Origin: Oikopleura dioica
Taxonomy: Eukaryota; Animalia; Chordata
Direction: 5' to 3'
Assembly (NCBI GenBank): GCA_907165135.1
Contig: OU015566.1
Span: 8,680,001 to 8,744,000 of the forward strand
DNA length: 64,000 bases
Position 1 is the stretch's first letter. Every line of letters starts with the position of its first letter. The notes below the pieces were generated by a model, which was not told the DNA's origin, did no database searches, and worked only from the letters and a program-made list of their open reading frames with translations. Position numbers and translations under genes: made by a program. This document shows, in pieces, positions 45,539 through 59,863 of the stretch.

Positions 45539-48500
45539 ATGCCGAAGAAGTCTAAAGGAAAGGGATTAAAAAATAAAAGAAAATTTTCATTTCGGAATAT
45601 GAAATTTTATCCCGCAATGAGGAAAAGTATCTGTTTTCTTTTCCAGGCTTTTTCGGGCATTATTCAGCAGCTCTACCAAATATGAAGTGTCGAAGAACAA
45701 CTGGAAAGATGATGAAGGACTCATCGGATCGTTGGCTGCTACTGCCGGGCATAACATGATACTAGAGAAACTCGACAAGATGCCAATTATGCCGGGCACA
45801 AAACGAGTACCAGGTTTGATAAAAATGGAGATTTGTTTTCAACTTCAATTCAGGTGCCACTGGAATTCCAAACAACGGCAACACATGCTATTTGAACGCG
45901 GTAATCCAATGCCTTTCAAATACGTCTCAGTTTTCGGATCTCATCTGTCGCGAGTTCTGTCGTGGTGGAGAAATCACAGCGCAAACTTCCGCTCTGATCC
46001 GAACTCTTTGGCTTGGTGAGCCTGCTGGTAAAGCGGCACAGAGTCTCATTGGAACTGTCGTACGACTCAATCCGCAGATTGAGTTTGACGTCCAACAAGA
46101 TGCTCAAGAATTTCTTTTGTGGATGTTGACAATGCTCCATGAGGATTTGAGAGAGGATAAGAACGGACTAAGCCGAAGAAACATGGCCCGCAATTCCTTC
46201 CGTCGCATCAAAAATCTTCGAAAGAAATACGCTCTAGCCCCATTGCCAGTTTCACCGATCGAACGATTCTTCGGCGGCAACTACTGCCAATCTATCGTTT
46301 GTCCGATTTGCAAGAAACCGAAACAGAGCTCAGATCTGTTTCTCACACTTTCGCTACCCATTCCAGTTGAAACCAAGAAGCAAGCAGTGTATCCAATCGT
46401 ACATTATTTGTCCGGCGAAATTGCCAAAATCGGAGTTCGGCCAAATATTGCCGCTTCCGTTGCTGATTTCCGCCAGTTGGTCGCAGCGGAAATGGGTATT
46501 CATCAGCGGCTACTGACCTTTACTGAAATCACCAAGAGTGGTTTTGGCCCGAGCTTTGGGGACAACGACGATGTCAACAGTCTACCTCTTCAGGGGCTGA
46601 GGGTTTTTCAAATTCCCGCTGCGCCATCAACTGGACGAAACGGACAGAATGGTAGCACAACGAGATGGGAGAGCTGTATTCTCTTGATAATTCTAAAAAG
46701 CGGATCTTACGTAAAACAGGATCCATTGATCATGAGAATGGCGCGAGATGCAACTGCGCGCGAGCTGCATACCGAAATCTTCTCTCGAATAGAACAGAAA
46801 TACTCGCCCAGGAACGCACCACGCCTGAAAGTATCCCACCACGATGGCTCTGAAGAAGCAATTGATCCTTCGTTAGAGCATCCTCTTCTCACTTCAGCTC
46901 TGACAACAGCGATGAAAACGTGTCCAACAGGCTCACCTATTCACATTCGCATCATTGCCGAATTCCCACAAGACGCTGTTCACATGATCGAAGACCTCAA
47001 TGAAAGACGAATCAAAGAAGAACCCAGCGTTCGTCTAACAGAAATATTTGATCAGCAACAGAGCGAACTCACCCTAGCCGAGTGCCTTGATCTTCACATG
47101 CAAGAAGAAGAGATTGTGAATAATGGTAAGTAAGAAGTTTTTTTCTTGAATAAACGAGCTTTCCTAGGCTGGCTGTGTCAATACTGTAAAAAGAAATCGA
47201 AAAAGTTCACAAAACGAATGCAATTTTCTTCTCTTCCAGATGTTTTAACTCTTCAATTCAAGCGTTTCAAAGCTGCCGATGGTAAACGATCAAAGGAATG
47301 CGTTTTGTCTATGAATCAAGTCAATTTATAAAATAAATTGGACAAAAAATGAAACTCAAAAAAAGCTAACAAACTATGTATCGTATCCAATTACCGGACT
47401 CGAGCTCACAAAATTCATCACCATGTCTCAAACTCGACATCCCATCATTTACGATTTGTACGGTGTCATCGGTCACCGTGGCGATCTGCACTCAGGACAC
47501 TACTATGCCGTCACGAAGAATAATTTGGATCAATGCTGGTACTTATTTGATGATGATGTCGTTCAAAAAGTGACTGTTGAAGACTGCCTAACGCCCGACG
47601 CATTTATTCTGTTTTACCAAAAAAGGTTTGCTAAAAAGAGTTCAAATCTAGTCATAACAAAAATAAGAGGAGCAGCCATTCAACCTGGTCGGCATTGGTC
47701 TTTGCGGCTGAATGGGGTCAAAACAGCTCTTGACGCTGCTCGCGATGGTACCGGAGTTGCTGAGATCGACGAGTCAATAACATCTCCTCAAAGTACTAAT
47801 GACGAGTCTAAACCGTTCAAAGAAGTCGCCGTCGACATTGGAAATCTACTTTCCCAGCATCAGCAGAAACCGTCGAGTTTCAATGCTCCTGTGCCTTCGT
47901 CTCAATGGTCGCCGTCGCAGAATTACGGCACCTTGCGCCGCCCGGTGGCGAGAAATAATTCAGCGATTGGATTAGTCAATAACGGAAGTTCAAGCCTTAC
48001 TGATAATGAATTTATCATCCCTCGTCACAAGTCAGGAGTCAATTTACGAAGCGATGAACGAGAAGACTTCAATAAAGGTACATTCAAAATTAATTGCGAG
48101 TTTTTGAGTTTCAATTCAGCTCCTTCTGCGCCAACTACTCCAAGAATGACTCGTGAGGGGTCAACAAAAACGTTGCCAAGAAATTCGAAAATCTTATGGC
48201 AGCAGCCAAGAAGCCGTCCTGAAAGCTACGCAGAGCCTGGCGATGGCGGGAAAGAAATTGAGAGTATTGCCGCTAGTCGAAGTTCTTCAAATATAAATCA
48301 AGGTATGAAGGTCTACAATAAACTTTATTCAACATTTTTTAGCGTATTTTGACAAAGTCGTCGGGCAGCAGCGCCGGCAACCAAGTCGCTATCGTCATCG
48401 AACCGAACGAGGTCGCAGAGAACGTCGAGAAAATGAGTCTCGACGCTCAGGAAGATCCCGATCACGTGGAAAAAGCGAGGAACGAGGTGATCGACCAAGA

Positions 48501-49148
48501 TCGGAATCCAGAGGAAGATCAAGAGACTACGAAACTGACCGGAGACAGTCTACAGCTTCGAGACCAAGATCAAGGTCTCGTGGTAGATCTCAGTCGCGTG
48601 GAAGGCATAGAGTTTTAATTATTCAGTGATGATTTCGTTACAAACAGTTCCTAATATTTGAATCGAGCAGCTAAACAATGCTAAAACTCTGAAATAGACA
48701 AGATTACAACAGCGAGTATGAATCGGGTCGAGAACGGCCTCGTAGCCAATCTCGTCGAAGAGAAAATTCAGAAGATGGTCGATCAAGGAGACGCAGTCGA
48801 TCACGAGGTGGGGAGGAAGAAAGACGAAGGCAGCGGTCAAAGAGTAGACAGAGGAATTCTAGCACTTCGGATTCGAATAAATTGGTAAGCACTCGTCAAA
48901 GAATTTCGGGTTGAATTATCTTTTAGGATGCAATGATTTACCACTCGAGGCAGAATTCAACGATATCTACTAAATCAGGTCCTCCGAAAGCTCCCTCAGC
49001 CATGCAAGGTAACTGACACGCACTAAAACGAAAAATAAAACGATTTTTTAAAGGTACAACTGGATACACCGTGGCACCGTCTCTTGGCAGTAGTTTCACT
49101 GGAAAGAACCCGAACTACCACAAAAAATCACTTGAATTCCTTCAGTAA
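45539..49148 (+). CDS. Ubiquitin-specific protease, USP31/USP43-like, with an RS-rich tail
   Basis: Cys box GNTCYLNAVIQCLSNT, QQDAQEFL, CPIC/CQYC zinc ribbon, FLTLSLPIP, His box YDLYGVIGHRGDLHSGHYYA and WYLFDD. The start codon is tentative. Confidence 0.9.
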
Positions 49149-49373
49149 GCCTTCCAGAATACCTCAGAAAATTCTATGGAGTACTGAAAACTGGACCAGC
49201 TTTTCCCTAAAAAATCATATTTCCGTTCTGATTTTGGTTTAATAAGCGCACAAACTTCAACAGACGTACTTTAACTTTTAAGTTCTATCTTTATCATTCC
49301 GAAGCTTGTTGAAATCGGAAACTTTTTGATGAAAATAAATATGAAAATGATGATTCAAATACAGACATAAATT

Positions 49374-51410
49374 TTATTCACAGTCGATGCAATAGCCAGA
49401 GAATGAATTGAAGATATGGTTAGATTTTGTTCTATATAACTTGTTGCTACCCATGTATGCAACGAAAAGTGTGGAAACTTCATCTCCTGGTTCCAACTAG
49501 AAAACGTAATCGCGTATGAACTTTTTGAAAATCACCTCGAGGAGCATCTCTAACGAGACCGAATGCAGAGCTCCCTCCTTCATCTTAGCAACATCGCCGC
49601 TATTCGAATAGCTTCCTGTCATTCCACGGCCATTCTTTCTCAACCATCCAGTAAAATGACTCTTTCTAGCGTTTGCTAGCCACTGGCAACCAAGCAGGCT
49701 AAATTTGTAGAGTCCTTTTACGGGCGCACGGAAAACACCAAGGCATGAATAATTTTTCGTAGCTCCACCGGGCGCGTAACAATCCTTTCCGGACGTCAAG
49801 TAAGCTCCATTCGACCGGTCAATTATCGCGACACCAAAAGGATGAGGACGAGATTCCATCTTCATTTGTGTAGGGCCTTGAAATTATTATCCATCTCGAC
49901 CAAACGATTGAATGCAAACCTATTGTATATTCAAATGCATAAGTTTGCCTTCTCGATTCTGCTTTGGTGATAATCGCGGACATATTCTTCCATAAACTTT
50001 CAGTATACGCGCGTTCGTTTATATTTTCTTTATCTAGTCCATCTAAAAGAAACTTTCTACCCCCTATCAAAATATTTTTCACTTACTTATTGAAAGCTTC
50101 AAGTTAGAGTTTGAGTACTTGAGGTCTTGAATTTCATCGTTAATTCTTCTTAGCTCCATAAGCACTCTATCATACGAGTTCTGAGCAATGTTCGATAATC
50201 CTGTTGCTTTCACTGATTTTGAAGTGTTCATTAGCTCTTCAGCTAGATTCTTTGCCTTCGACTCTAGTTCGAATACGCGCGATTCCATGTCTCGCATCTT
50301 TACTTGTCCATCGAAATTATCCTGCTCCAACTTTCTTATTCGAGGCTGTGAGTCCTGCAGAATTTTCAGCTTGCGAGAAATTTCATCCTCGTTCGGAGTG
50401 CGCCGCTGAAATGTCACTTGGCGTTGCAACTCATCGGTTCTTGAGTTGTATGTGTCGACTATGTCACGCAGTCGTCTGATCTCGTAGTTAGTATTCTGCA
50501 GCTCATTCAGTGCGTTTTGAATTCGATTCTCCAGGTAAATATTCATTTTGGAAACCTCTTCATCAACTTTATCTGTTTGAAGATAGTATTTTTTAATTCT
50601 TGAACTAACCGTATTTTCTATCAAAAGATCCGGCCGAGTACCCGGACGGCCTCTGGGGACTAGCTTTCGACGATTCCATTAAATCTTTTTTCAGTTTTAA
50701 TATTTCATCCGCATGAGTAGATACGTTTTTCTTGATCTCGCTGATTTCGCTGTGATTGATTTTGATGTAATTATCGCGAGAAGTGAGGGCTTTTGTTATA
50801 GCCGGTTTCAGTAGTTTCTGGCAGATTTGCTCCATGTTGTCATGAATGTTTTCAATCTTTTAACGGGTCAGAATGTGAACTTGGTAAGGAGGAAGTGAGA
50901 TTGTCTCTGTACTCGAGCCTTGTCTGCATTTTTATAAATCTTCTGGACGATTGGTCTTAGATCACCTCTCAGATCCGAAGGGTTAAGCCAGTCCGACGAG
51001 GATTGCTCATCCATGAGGAAGTCCTTGCGGCTCTGGCTTTTTAGAGCTATAATTTTAACCTTGGACAAGTCTGAAAAATACTTCCCCCTCTACGGCGTAG
51101 AGTCTACGCTTTTATCATCAAAGGAGCGACAAATGTGATGTCTCCCGAGCGGAATTACGAATTGTAAAGCTCGTCCTTGATCTTTTTGAAATTGGAAGGA
51201 TTCTATCAATCCGCTCAGCCTGATGGCCGAGTTTTTGGGAAAGAATCTTTTGCTCTCTAATGACTTCGGTTAATTCGGGGCTCTGATTGATTGATCTATC
51301 ACTCAGCTTTTCTTCGCATTTGGAAAGCCGACTCAGCATATTTTCTTCTGAAGCCTCCAATTTCTTGATCTTGTCTTCCATCTTTTGACAGGTTGAAAGT
51401 ACTCTTTCTG
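49374..51410 (-). CDS. Long coiled-coil protein with a C-terminal C1q domain (EMILIN/multimerin-like architecture)
   Basis: Heptad-rich exons span 50079-51410. The C1q motifs are YAF, GVFRAPVKGLYKFSL, LLELEPGDEV and FSGY. The 5' end was not identified. Confidence 0.7.
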
Positions 51411-53544
51411 GTAATGAAAATAATAAAAAATCTATTTTCAAGCTGTTTCCGAATACAGAATGATCTTCATCCTTTTTACTTCGACGGGAAGGCGTTGTTT
51501 TCTTCTGGATGAATTTGAATCAAGAATATATTTTCCTCTTGCATAAAAGATCAAATTCGCCCCTTATCATTATGATGTTGCCTTGGCCCTCTGCTCAAGC
51601 CAACGCATTCTTCGTAGTCGCAATTCAAACTGCAGGAGACGCAGATTTCTTTTTGAACTTTTGCTTCTCCGGAATTGGTACTCTCCCTGTACTTGAAGCC
51701 AACGCCACAATCTACTGAGCATTCTGACCACTAGTTTGAAGGGCTTTCGACACTGCTACGAAAATATCTTCAAAGACCTCTCACTTAGCATGAATTAAGC
51801 CCTTGACCTGGCTCCAAGTTTCATAAGCCCTGGGCTTCTCGTGACAAGCACGGCGGTCAACGATCATTGGATTTATACAGTCGCGAATGCATTTTCGTGA
51901 CCTTGACTCGCCATAAACCTCGCACTCGCCAGGGCGGCTCTCCCACGAGCTCTGTATTTAAAGTTTCTAAGCGGTTTTCTAATTACTTTGTTATTTTAAT
52001 TTAAGTTCTTTTCGTGAAAAGTGACTCTTACGTCAATTATTGAGCATTTATCGTCGCCATTAACATTAAACTTTTAGTATAATTTATGACACTTTGTGAA
52101 CTGATGCCAAAATATTGAACTAAGAAGCGGTTTTCTTCTTTTTGAATAACAGGTTTAATTTCTCAAGACTGTCTTGGATAATTTGGAAGACAACAAAGAA
52201 ACTTTTATCCCAGTATTGACCAAGGCGTGTAAACAATTCCCAGAGAAAAATGAATAAGCTGCACTTGAAGGATTCCTCTGAGGACCTTGGCAGTGTCCAT
52301 TTGAATTGGGTCGTTTCCTTCTTATTTATCTTCTCTGAATCTCTTGATGTTTTCTCAGTCCACTTTGAGCCACTGGGTCGTCGCTCGATCCGCTAATCAC
52401 TAATTGCCTTACTCGCGTTCTTAAACAAATCTTGGTACAATGATGACTATTTCCGAGCTTGAAAAAAAATTTAACAAGAGAAATAAAATAAGAAAATTTT
52501 TAGAAAAAATTTAGTCGAAATTTAAAAATTCAATTCTTACCATATTTTTTTATAATTTACTAGTTTTTTCCTCTTCTAAAACGAAAAATATAAATTTAGC
52601 TTTCTTCGCTAAGAGAACTTACTATAAGTACTCAGCCACAAGAGAGAGGGAGAGGTTTGTTTACGGTGGCACTGGGAAGGCCCCGCTAGCTTTGAAGCTC
52701 TTCTCGTAAAACACAAGACGAAGAGCAGTCGACCACCCAAGCGTTTTTCATCGAAGGATTTCGAAGAAAAAAAGAATTGAACGAGAATTTCATTTTGCAA
52801 AGTCCCTAATCGCGAAGGGGAAAATTTTAGTTGCGAAATTTCACGCGTATCAGCTTTTATTTCCGGGCGAGCAATTGATGGTAGATCATTTTAGTTCCGG
52901 AAGAAGACCAGCTCGCGCGCACGAGCTAAATGCCAGGAGCCGGAAATGAGGGAGTTAACTTTACAACATCAAGGGTGAGAAAGAAGAAAAGTATACCTTA
53001 AACTGTGGCTTTGAAATAACCGTATTGTCTTCGTTGATTTCAGAGAAGTTGAACCTCTGACAAATTGAGCCAAATTGAGTTCAGTTGTTTATTATCCGCT
53101 CTCATAAAATAAGAGCCACTCAAAATGAAAATGCACTTTATAACTGCATTTTCGTTCAGACAGATGATACTTCACAGAATCTGTACACAATTTCTATCTA
53201 AATGAGGCACTCAATATTCATGCTTTTCGAAATAGACTTTCAGGCATCGACGTCACTCAATTTAATGACGGAGTGGACATTTTTAAAATTCAATTTCGGT
53301 AAATTCCATTCGCCAGATTCTCAACTCTTGCCCAATCTAGCAACGCTGGAATTACATCCAGGTGGAAGTGATCGGGAGAATTTCCTGGATCAGATAGGGT
53401 GCAGCTGAAAATTCTGAGAAATTTTCGACGATGGCGCTCGAATCTGCGCTTGGACACACACCTGGCACTTTCACATATAAACCGATATTGTTTTTCCGAG
53501 AATCATAACAACTTTCACAAAGAACAAACAAAGCAAAAAACAAA

Positions 53545-54249
53545 ATGGCCTTCAACAGCATCAACATTGAAATCCCATCTGTCGACTTGACCGACCTCGA
53601 CTTTCTCGCAAGTCTTATTTCTCCTGAAATAGCTTCTGCATCTCCGACCGCTTCGCCAATTTCTCCTGCATCTTCCGGCTACGCTTCGGAGCTCTACGCG
53701 ACTTCATCCACTGGCTCAAGCTCGCCAACATCGACTTACTACTATCCATCCCCCGCTCAATATTCTTCTTACGATCCTTCTTCTACTCCAACTGCTACTC
53801 CTTCTTACTACCGACCAACAAGTCAATATTTCTTCCCAACAACGTTCACCCACGCCATCGCTCCACCATCAGCTCCAGCAACCTTTGACCCAGCGATTCT
53901 TCAATCAAGCATGACTTCGTTTCTCGCTCAAGATCACTCACCGGTCTACGGAGACAAACCATTGACCATCGAAAAGTCGGGCCTCAAAAATCGACGCGCT
54001 TCGCGATCAAAGTGCCCCTGTCTCAAATGCTGCCACGCTCGAGCTAACCACATTCCTTCACCAACTTATCATGGCTGCATCGTCAAAGGCTGCCAAAAAA
54101 CTTACACTCGACCAGCTCATCTTCGAAGTCACCTGAAGTCACACGACAACGATTCCCATCTGAAATGTGTTATTTGTTCTGAAAACTTCATGACTTCCGA
54201 CATGCTCATTTCCCACATGTTTGAGCATGGTCAAGGAATGAAACTGTAA
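53545..54249 (+). CDS. Divergent Sp-like zinc-finger protein, copy 1 (intronless; Btd box plus 2 C2H2)
   Basis: S/P-rich N-terminus and KCPCLKC (Btd box). Finger 1 is CIVKGCQKTYTRPAHLRSHLKSH, and finger 2 is CVIC..HMFEH. Confidence 0.8.
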   Translation: MAFNSINIEIPSVDLTDLDFLASLISPEIASASPTASPISPASSGYASELYATSSTGSSSPTSTYYYPSPAQYSSYDPSSTPTATPSYYRPTSQYFFPTTFTHAIAPPSAPATFDPAILQSSMTSFLAQDHSPVYGDKPLTIEKSGLKNRRASRSKCPCLKCCHARANHIPSPTYHGCIVKGCQKTYTRPAHLRSHLKSHDNDSHLKCVICSENFMTSDMLISHMFEHGQGMKL

Positions 54250-55161
54250 TTCGATAAATCAATTCTCTGTAAATATCTCTGTATTAATTTGAATTAAACA
54301 TGAATCAAAAAAATTTAACAACAGTTGTTTCTTTTGTATTTTTAGTATTCTTTAAAAAAATACTATTTGATAGTTTTACCCTTCAAAGTGATATTTATTA
54401 TAATACAGTCGTCAACTGATATAAAAGGCGATAATGAAAAAACTAGGAAGCAAGAAATATATAAAAAAAAAAATCAGTTTTTTATTCAAATTTTTGCTTG
54501 CATCAGAGGGATTTTCATTTATAAAATTGTTATTTTTAATGAAATAGAAAAATACTTCTTACTTGTGTAATTATTCATCCACAAGCATTCATGTTCAACA
54601 GTTCAAGCAGAGTTTTGTCTATTGTAGAAAACGCGTCGAGCCCACGAAAATCAAGTACAGATGGACAGTCTGTGAGTTAAATTTATGAAATCTATATTAA
54701 TGAACTCATAAGGTCAAGCGATATATTCCACAAAAGAACTTCCGAATGCGCAAGTATTCGGAGGAATAGATTAATAATGAAAACCCGCGATTCTGTCAGA
54801 TTAGGTGGAGAAATGAAAATACCACAATTTCCTAAATTAAGAATTAAGATATTTATTCAAGAAAAATATTGATAACGTGCCCAAAAATGTCTAATACTGC
54901 CAATAATTTCAGTTTTAATTTTGCTTGAATGTTTTCTGCAGAAAAGGTAGACTCAGACGCAACTAAAATCTCGATCATGATTCCTGATAATTTCCAACAG
55001 CATTCGCTAACAGCTTCGAGCTTCACCTGTTTCTAATCAAGACATGGCAACGCTCTTGGAGCGCTAGAACGCATAACCACCTGTCTATCGCAATAAATAT
55101 TGAGCCGTGATTCCACGAAATCATAATCACAAAATTGACAAACAAAAAACAACTCGCAAAA

Positions 55162-55902
55162 ATGACCTCTTCTTCCGACAGCTTCGAGAATATCACGTTT
55201 CAATTGCCCGTGGATGAACTTGGCAACCTGGAATTCTTGGCCGGACTTATCAGTCCCGAACTAAGCTCTCCGGATAGCCAGCAACTTCTACCAAGTCTGG
55301 AGTGTCCAAGCTCCTCTGGTTACAACTCAACATGTTCTTCTGCAGATTACTACTCTTCTAACACTTCATCTTCTAATTCCTCAACTTCTGGATCCTCTGG
55401 ACTAACTCCACCACCGATAGAAGGTTTCTACCACCATCCGTCTCCCACCCCTTATTCGCCTTATCCGGCTTACTATCCTCCAGCAAATCAGCAGTTCTTC
55501 TTTCCCGAAAACTTCTCTCCAAATCAGCCTGCTTCTTTTGATCTCCAAGCCTTCCAATCGTCTATCAACTCCTACCTCCAGTCTGCAGAAATCCCTTCTC
55601 AAAACGCTCCCAACCTTCGAATGGAAAAATCGAAACTCAAGAATCGCCGCGCTTCCCGATCAAAATGCCCCTGCTTCAAATGCTGCCACGCTCGTGCCCA
55701 TCAAATTCCGTCACCAACTTACCATGCCTGCATCGTCAAAAGTTGCCAGAAAACTTATACTCGCCCTGCTCATCTGCGCAACCACCTCAAATCACATGAC
55801 AACGATGGCAGACTTCAGTGCGAAATTTGTTCTGTAAATTTCATTTCATCTGATTTGCTTATTTCGCACATGTTTGAACATGGGCAAGAAATGAAAAACT
55901 AA
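55162..55902 (+). CDS. Divergent Sp-like zinc-finger protein, copy 2 (tandem paralog)
   Basis: The C-terminal half is nearly identical to copy 1 (LKNRRASRSKCPC.KCCHARA..YH.CIVK.CQKTYTRPAHLR.HLKSHDND). The N-terminal L.FLA.LISPE motif is shared. Confidence 0.8.
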   Translation: MTSSSDSFENITFQLPVDELGNLEFLAGLISPELSSPDSQQLLPSLECPSSSGYNSTCSSADYYSSNTSSSNSSTSGSSGLTPPPIEGFYHHPSPTPYSPYPAYYPPANQQFFFPENFSPNQPASFDLQAFQSSINSYLQSAEIPSQNAPNLRMEKSKLKNRRASRSKCPCFKCCHARAHQIPSPTYHACIVKSCQKTYTRPAHLRNHLKSHDNDGRLQCEICSVNFISSDLLISHMFEHGQEMKN

Positions 55903-56102
55903 TATTGAAATTTTTAGTTTCTGTAAATATAACATGTTACATTATAAAGATTAAAACATTTTGTCTCTTTTGATTCAGGACTCCCTCTAGCAGCGCTCTG
56001 GAGACAATTGATGCCCCTATGGGAATTCAACTTTATCTTTTTAAATAGGCAGAGCTTTCTGAAGTTCATAAATCAGAACGGCTCAAAAGAGATTTAAAAA
56101 GT

Positions 56103-56393
56103 ATGACAAGGATATGGATATTTTCGCTACTTATGTCAGCTCTAGTCAGCGCACAACACTGGAGCTACGGTTGGCATCCGGGTAAGAGTAATTCTTGAGG
56201 ATAGAGAGAAACAGTCTTTTTAGGAGGAAAAAAGAGAGACCCCGCTTTTGCTACCGGAAATGTAGATCCCGAATACAATCACAGATTCGAAGTAAACCCG
56301 AAATTTTATGGAAGAATCAGACCGAAAGGAAAATCTGCCAAATATCTTGCCTACTCAATGCCTATCTTTGACGATTTCTTCGACATGAAATAA
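56103..56393 (+). CDS. GNRH: Gonadotropin-releasing hormone precursor (82 aa)
   Basis: Signal MTRIWIFSLLMSALVSA, then QHWSYGWHPG, GKKR and a 51-aa associated peptide. A 42-nt GT-AG intron at 56182-56223 splits the Gly10 codon. TAA at 56391-56393. Confidence 0.92.
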
Positions 56394-57933
56394 CTTTTGG
56401 TAAGAAACCGACGAGCATATTTTCTTAAACAAATAAATACTGACAAAAAGATTTTAGAAAATAAGGAATTTCGCGATATTCCGCTCTGGAATATGATCTC
56501 GTTGGCAATTAGCGACGAGTATCGGCTAATCTTAGTAGCGCGGGCGCGGAAATCTCGCCAGATTTACTAAAAATAACCCTCGTTGATTCCAGCCGCCGCA
56601 ACTTTCCGCCCAAATTTCCAGCAAACTATTCACTTACTATTCCTCGATTTAGATCCAAGTCTTCTCCAACTGCAGTGCAGCTTCGACAATTTACGGCTAT
56701 TTCGACGTTTTATACCTTATTAATACCTATTTTCATCTGAAACTATACTCAATGAATAAAATATCTTAAATTTGTTCTCGGTTTACCCAATTGCCAAATT
56801 TGACCTCATTCTTGCATCAAATATTTATCCGAAAATGAGTTTAACGGAGCTTAATTTGACTCTGTCGATACATTTTCCTCAAATCATATTTTCTTTTGTG
56901 ATTGCTTTTGCGAAAATATCCGGCAAGCGCGTTATCCACCATAAAATTACTCAAAAACAAAAGCTCTATAAAGGCCCTTTGAGGACTAATCCGCTGGCCT
57001 AAGTCCGCGTTTAATCGCTCGAGGTGCAGCAAAGCCAGCAGCAGCTTTCGAGGAGGAGCAAAATCAAAGGCGAACGCGAAAATGCCGACTTAAATCGGAC
57101 ACAGCTAACCGATCGGTTTTCACTCTTCAAATGCACAGGACCTGCTCCTGGCACGCGACGAAACAATTGCTTAATCCTCTCTCACCTGAGGGTTTCGCAC
57201 ACTGCTTGATCAGTAGATTCTATCCCTGCCCACAACCAACAACACTGTTTCTTCCGTACATGTACAGAATGTAATGAACATATGAATTTTTAATCTATGC
57301 GGTTTTCTTGGGATCAGATTGGTTTTCATTCTCGGGCAATTAATTTGTGATAGTTTGAATTTCCCTTAGACGATGAATTTTCTATGATAAAAGATCTTTA
57401 AATCTGATAATAAGATGTTGATTAACTTTTGAAATTTAACTTTTATAACAAAAATGATCGATGTTCACTTGAAATTCTTATAAAACATTTTTACTGAAAA
57501 ATAGAGGCATTTCTTAATAAAAAACTTTTTCTAACAAAATGAGTTTTGTCGAAAATAAGACGAATTATATAATAATAACGTTCAATGGCGTATCCCGTGG
57601 CACCACAAATGCTGTCCGATGGTGCTCGGTCTAAGTCCGTCTGGTGGCGCTGGTGTTCGGTTACTGGATTGGGCGAAAGTGTGTGTTCTTGGTGGTGGTG
57701 TCGGGTGCATTCATCAACTCAATTTGGCTATACGACAACAATAATCATTTTACGGAAGATAGACTCGACAATCAGCTGGAAGACAATCTCGGCAGAGTAG
57801 AATCTGACCTTCACATTTGATCGGTTGATCGCGAGATTGTGCAATCCAAACCAACGCGGCCAAGAGATAAGAGGAAATTGAAGAAGCCGCAAGGAAGCTC
57901 GAGTAACGGTGTAATAGAAAGACAGAGAAAGTG

Positions 57934-59863
<1,930 letters not shown>

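Noticed and set aside
48349-48618. 89-aa acidic ORF in the track
   Set aside because: It is an alternative frame of the USP RS-rich exon; the splice phase selects the RS frame.
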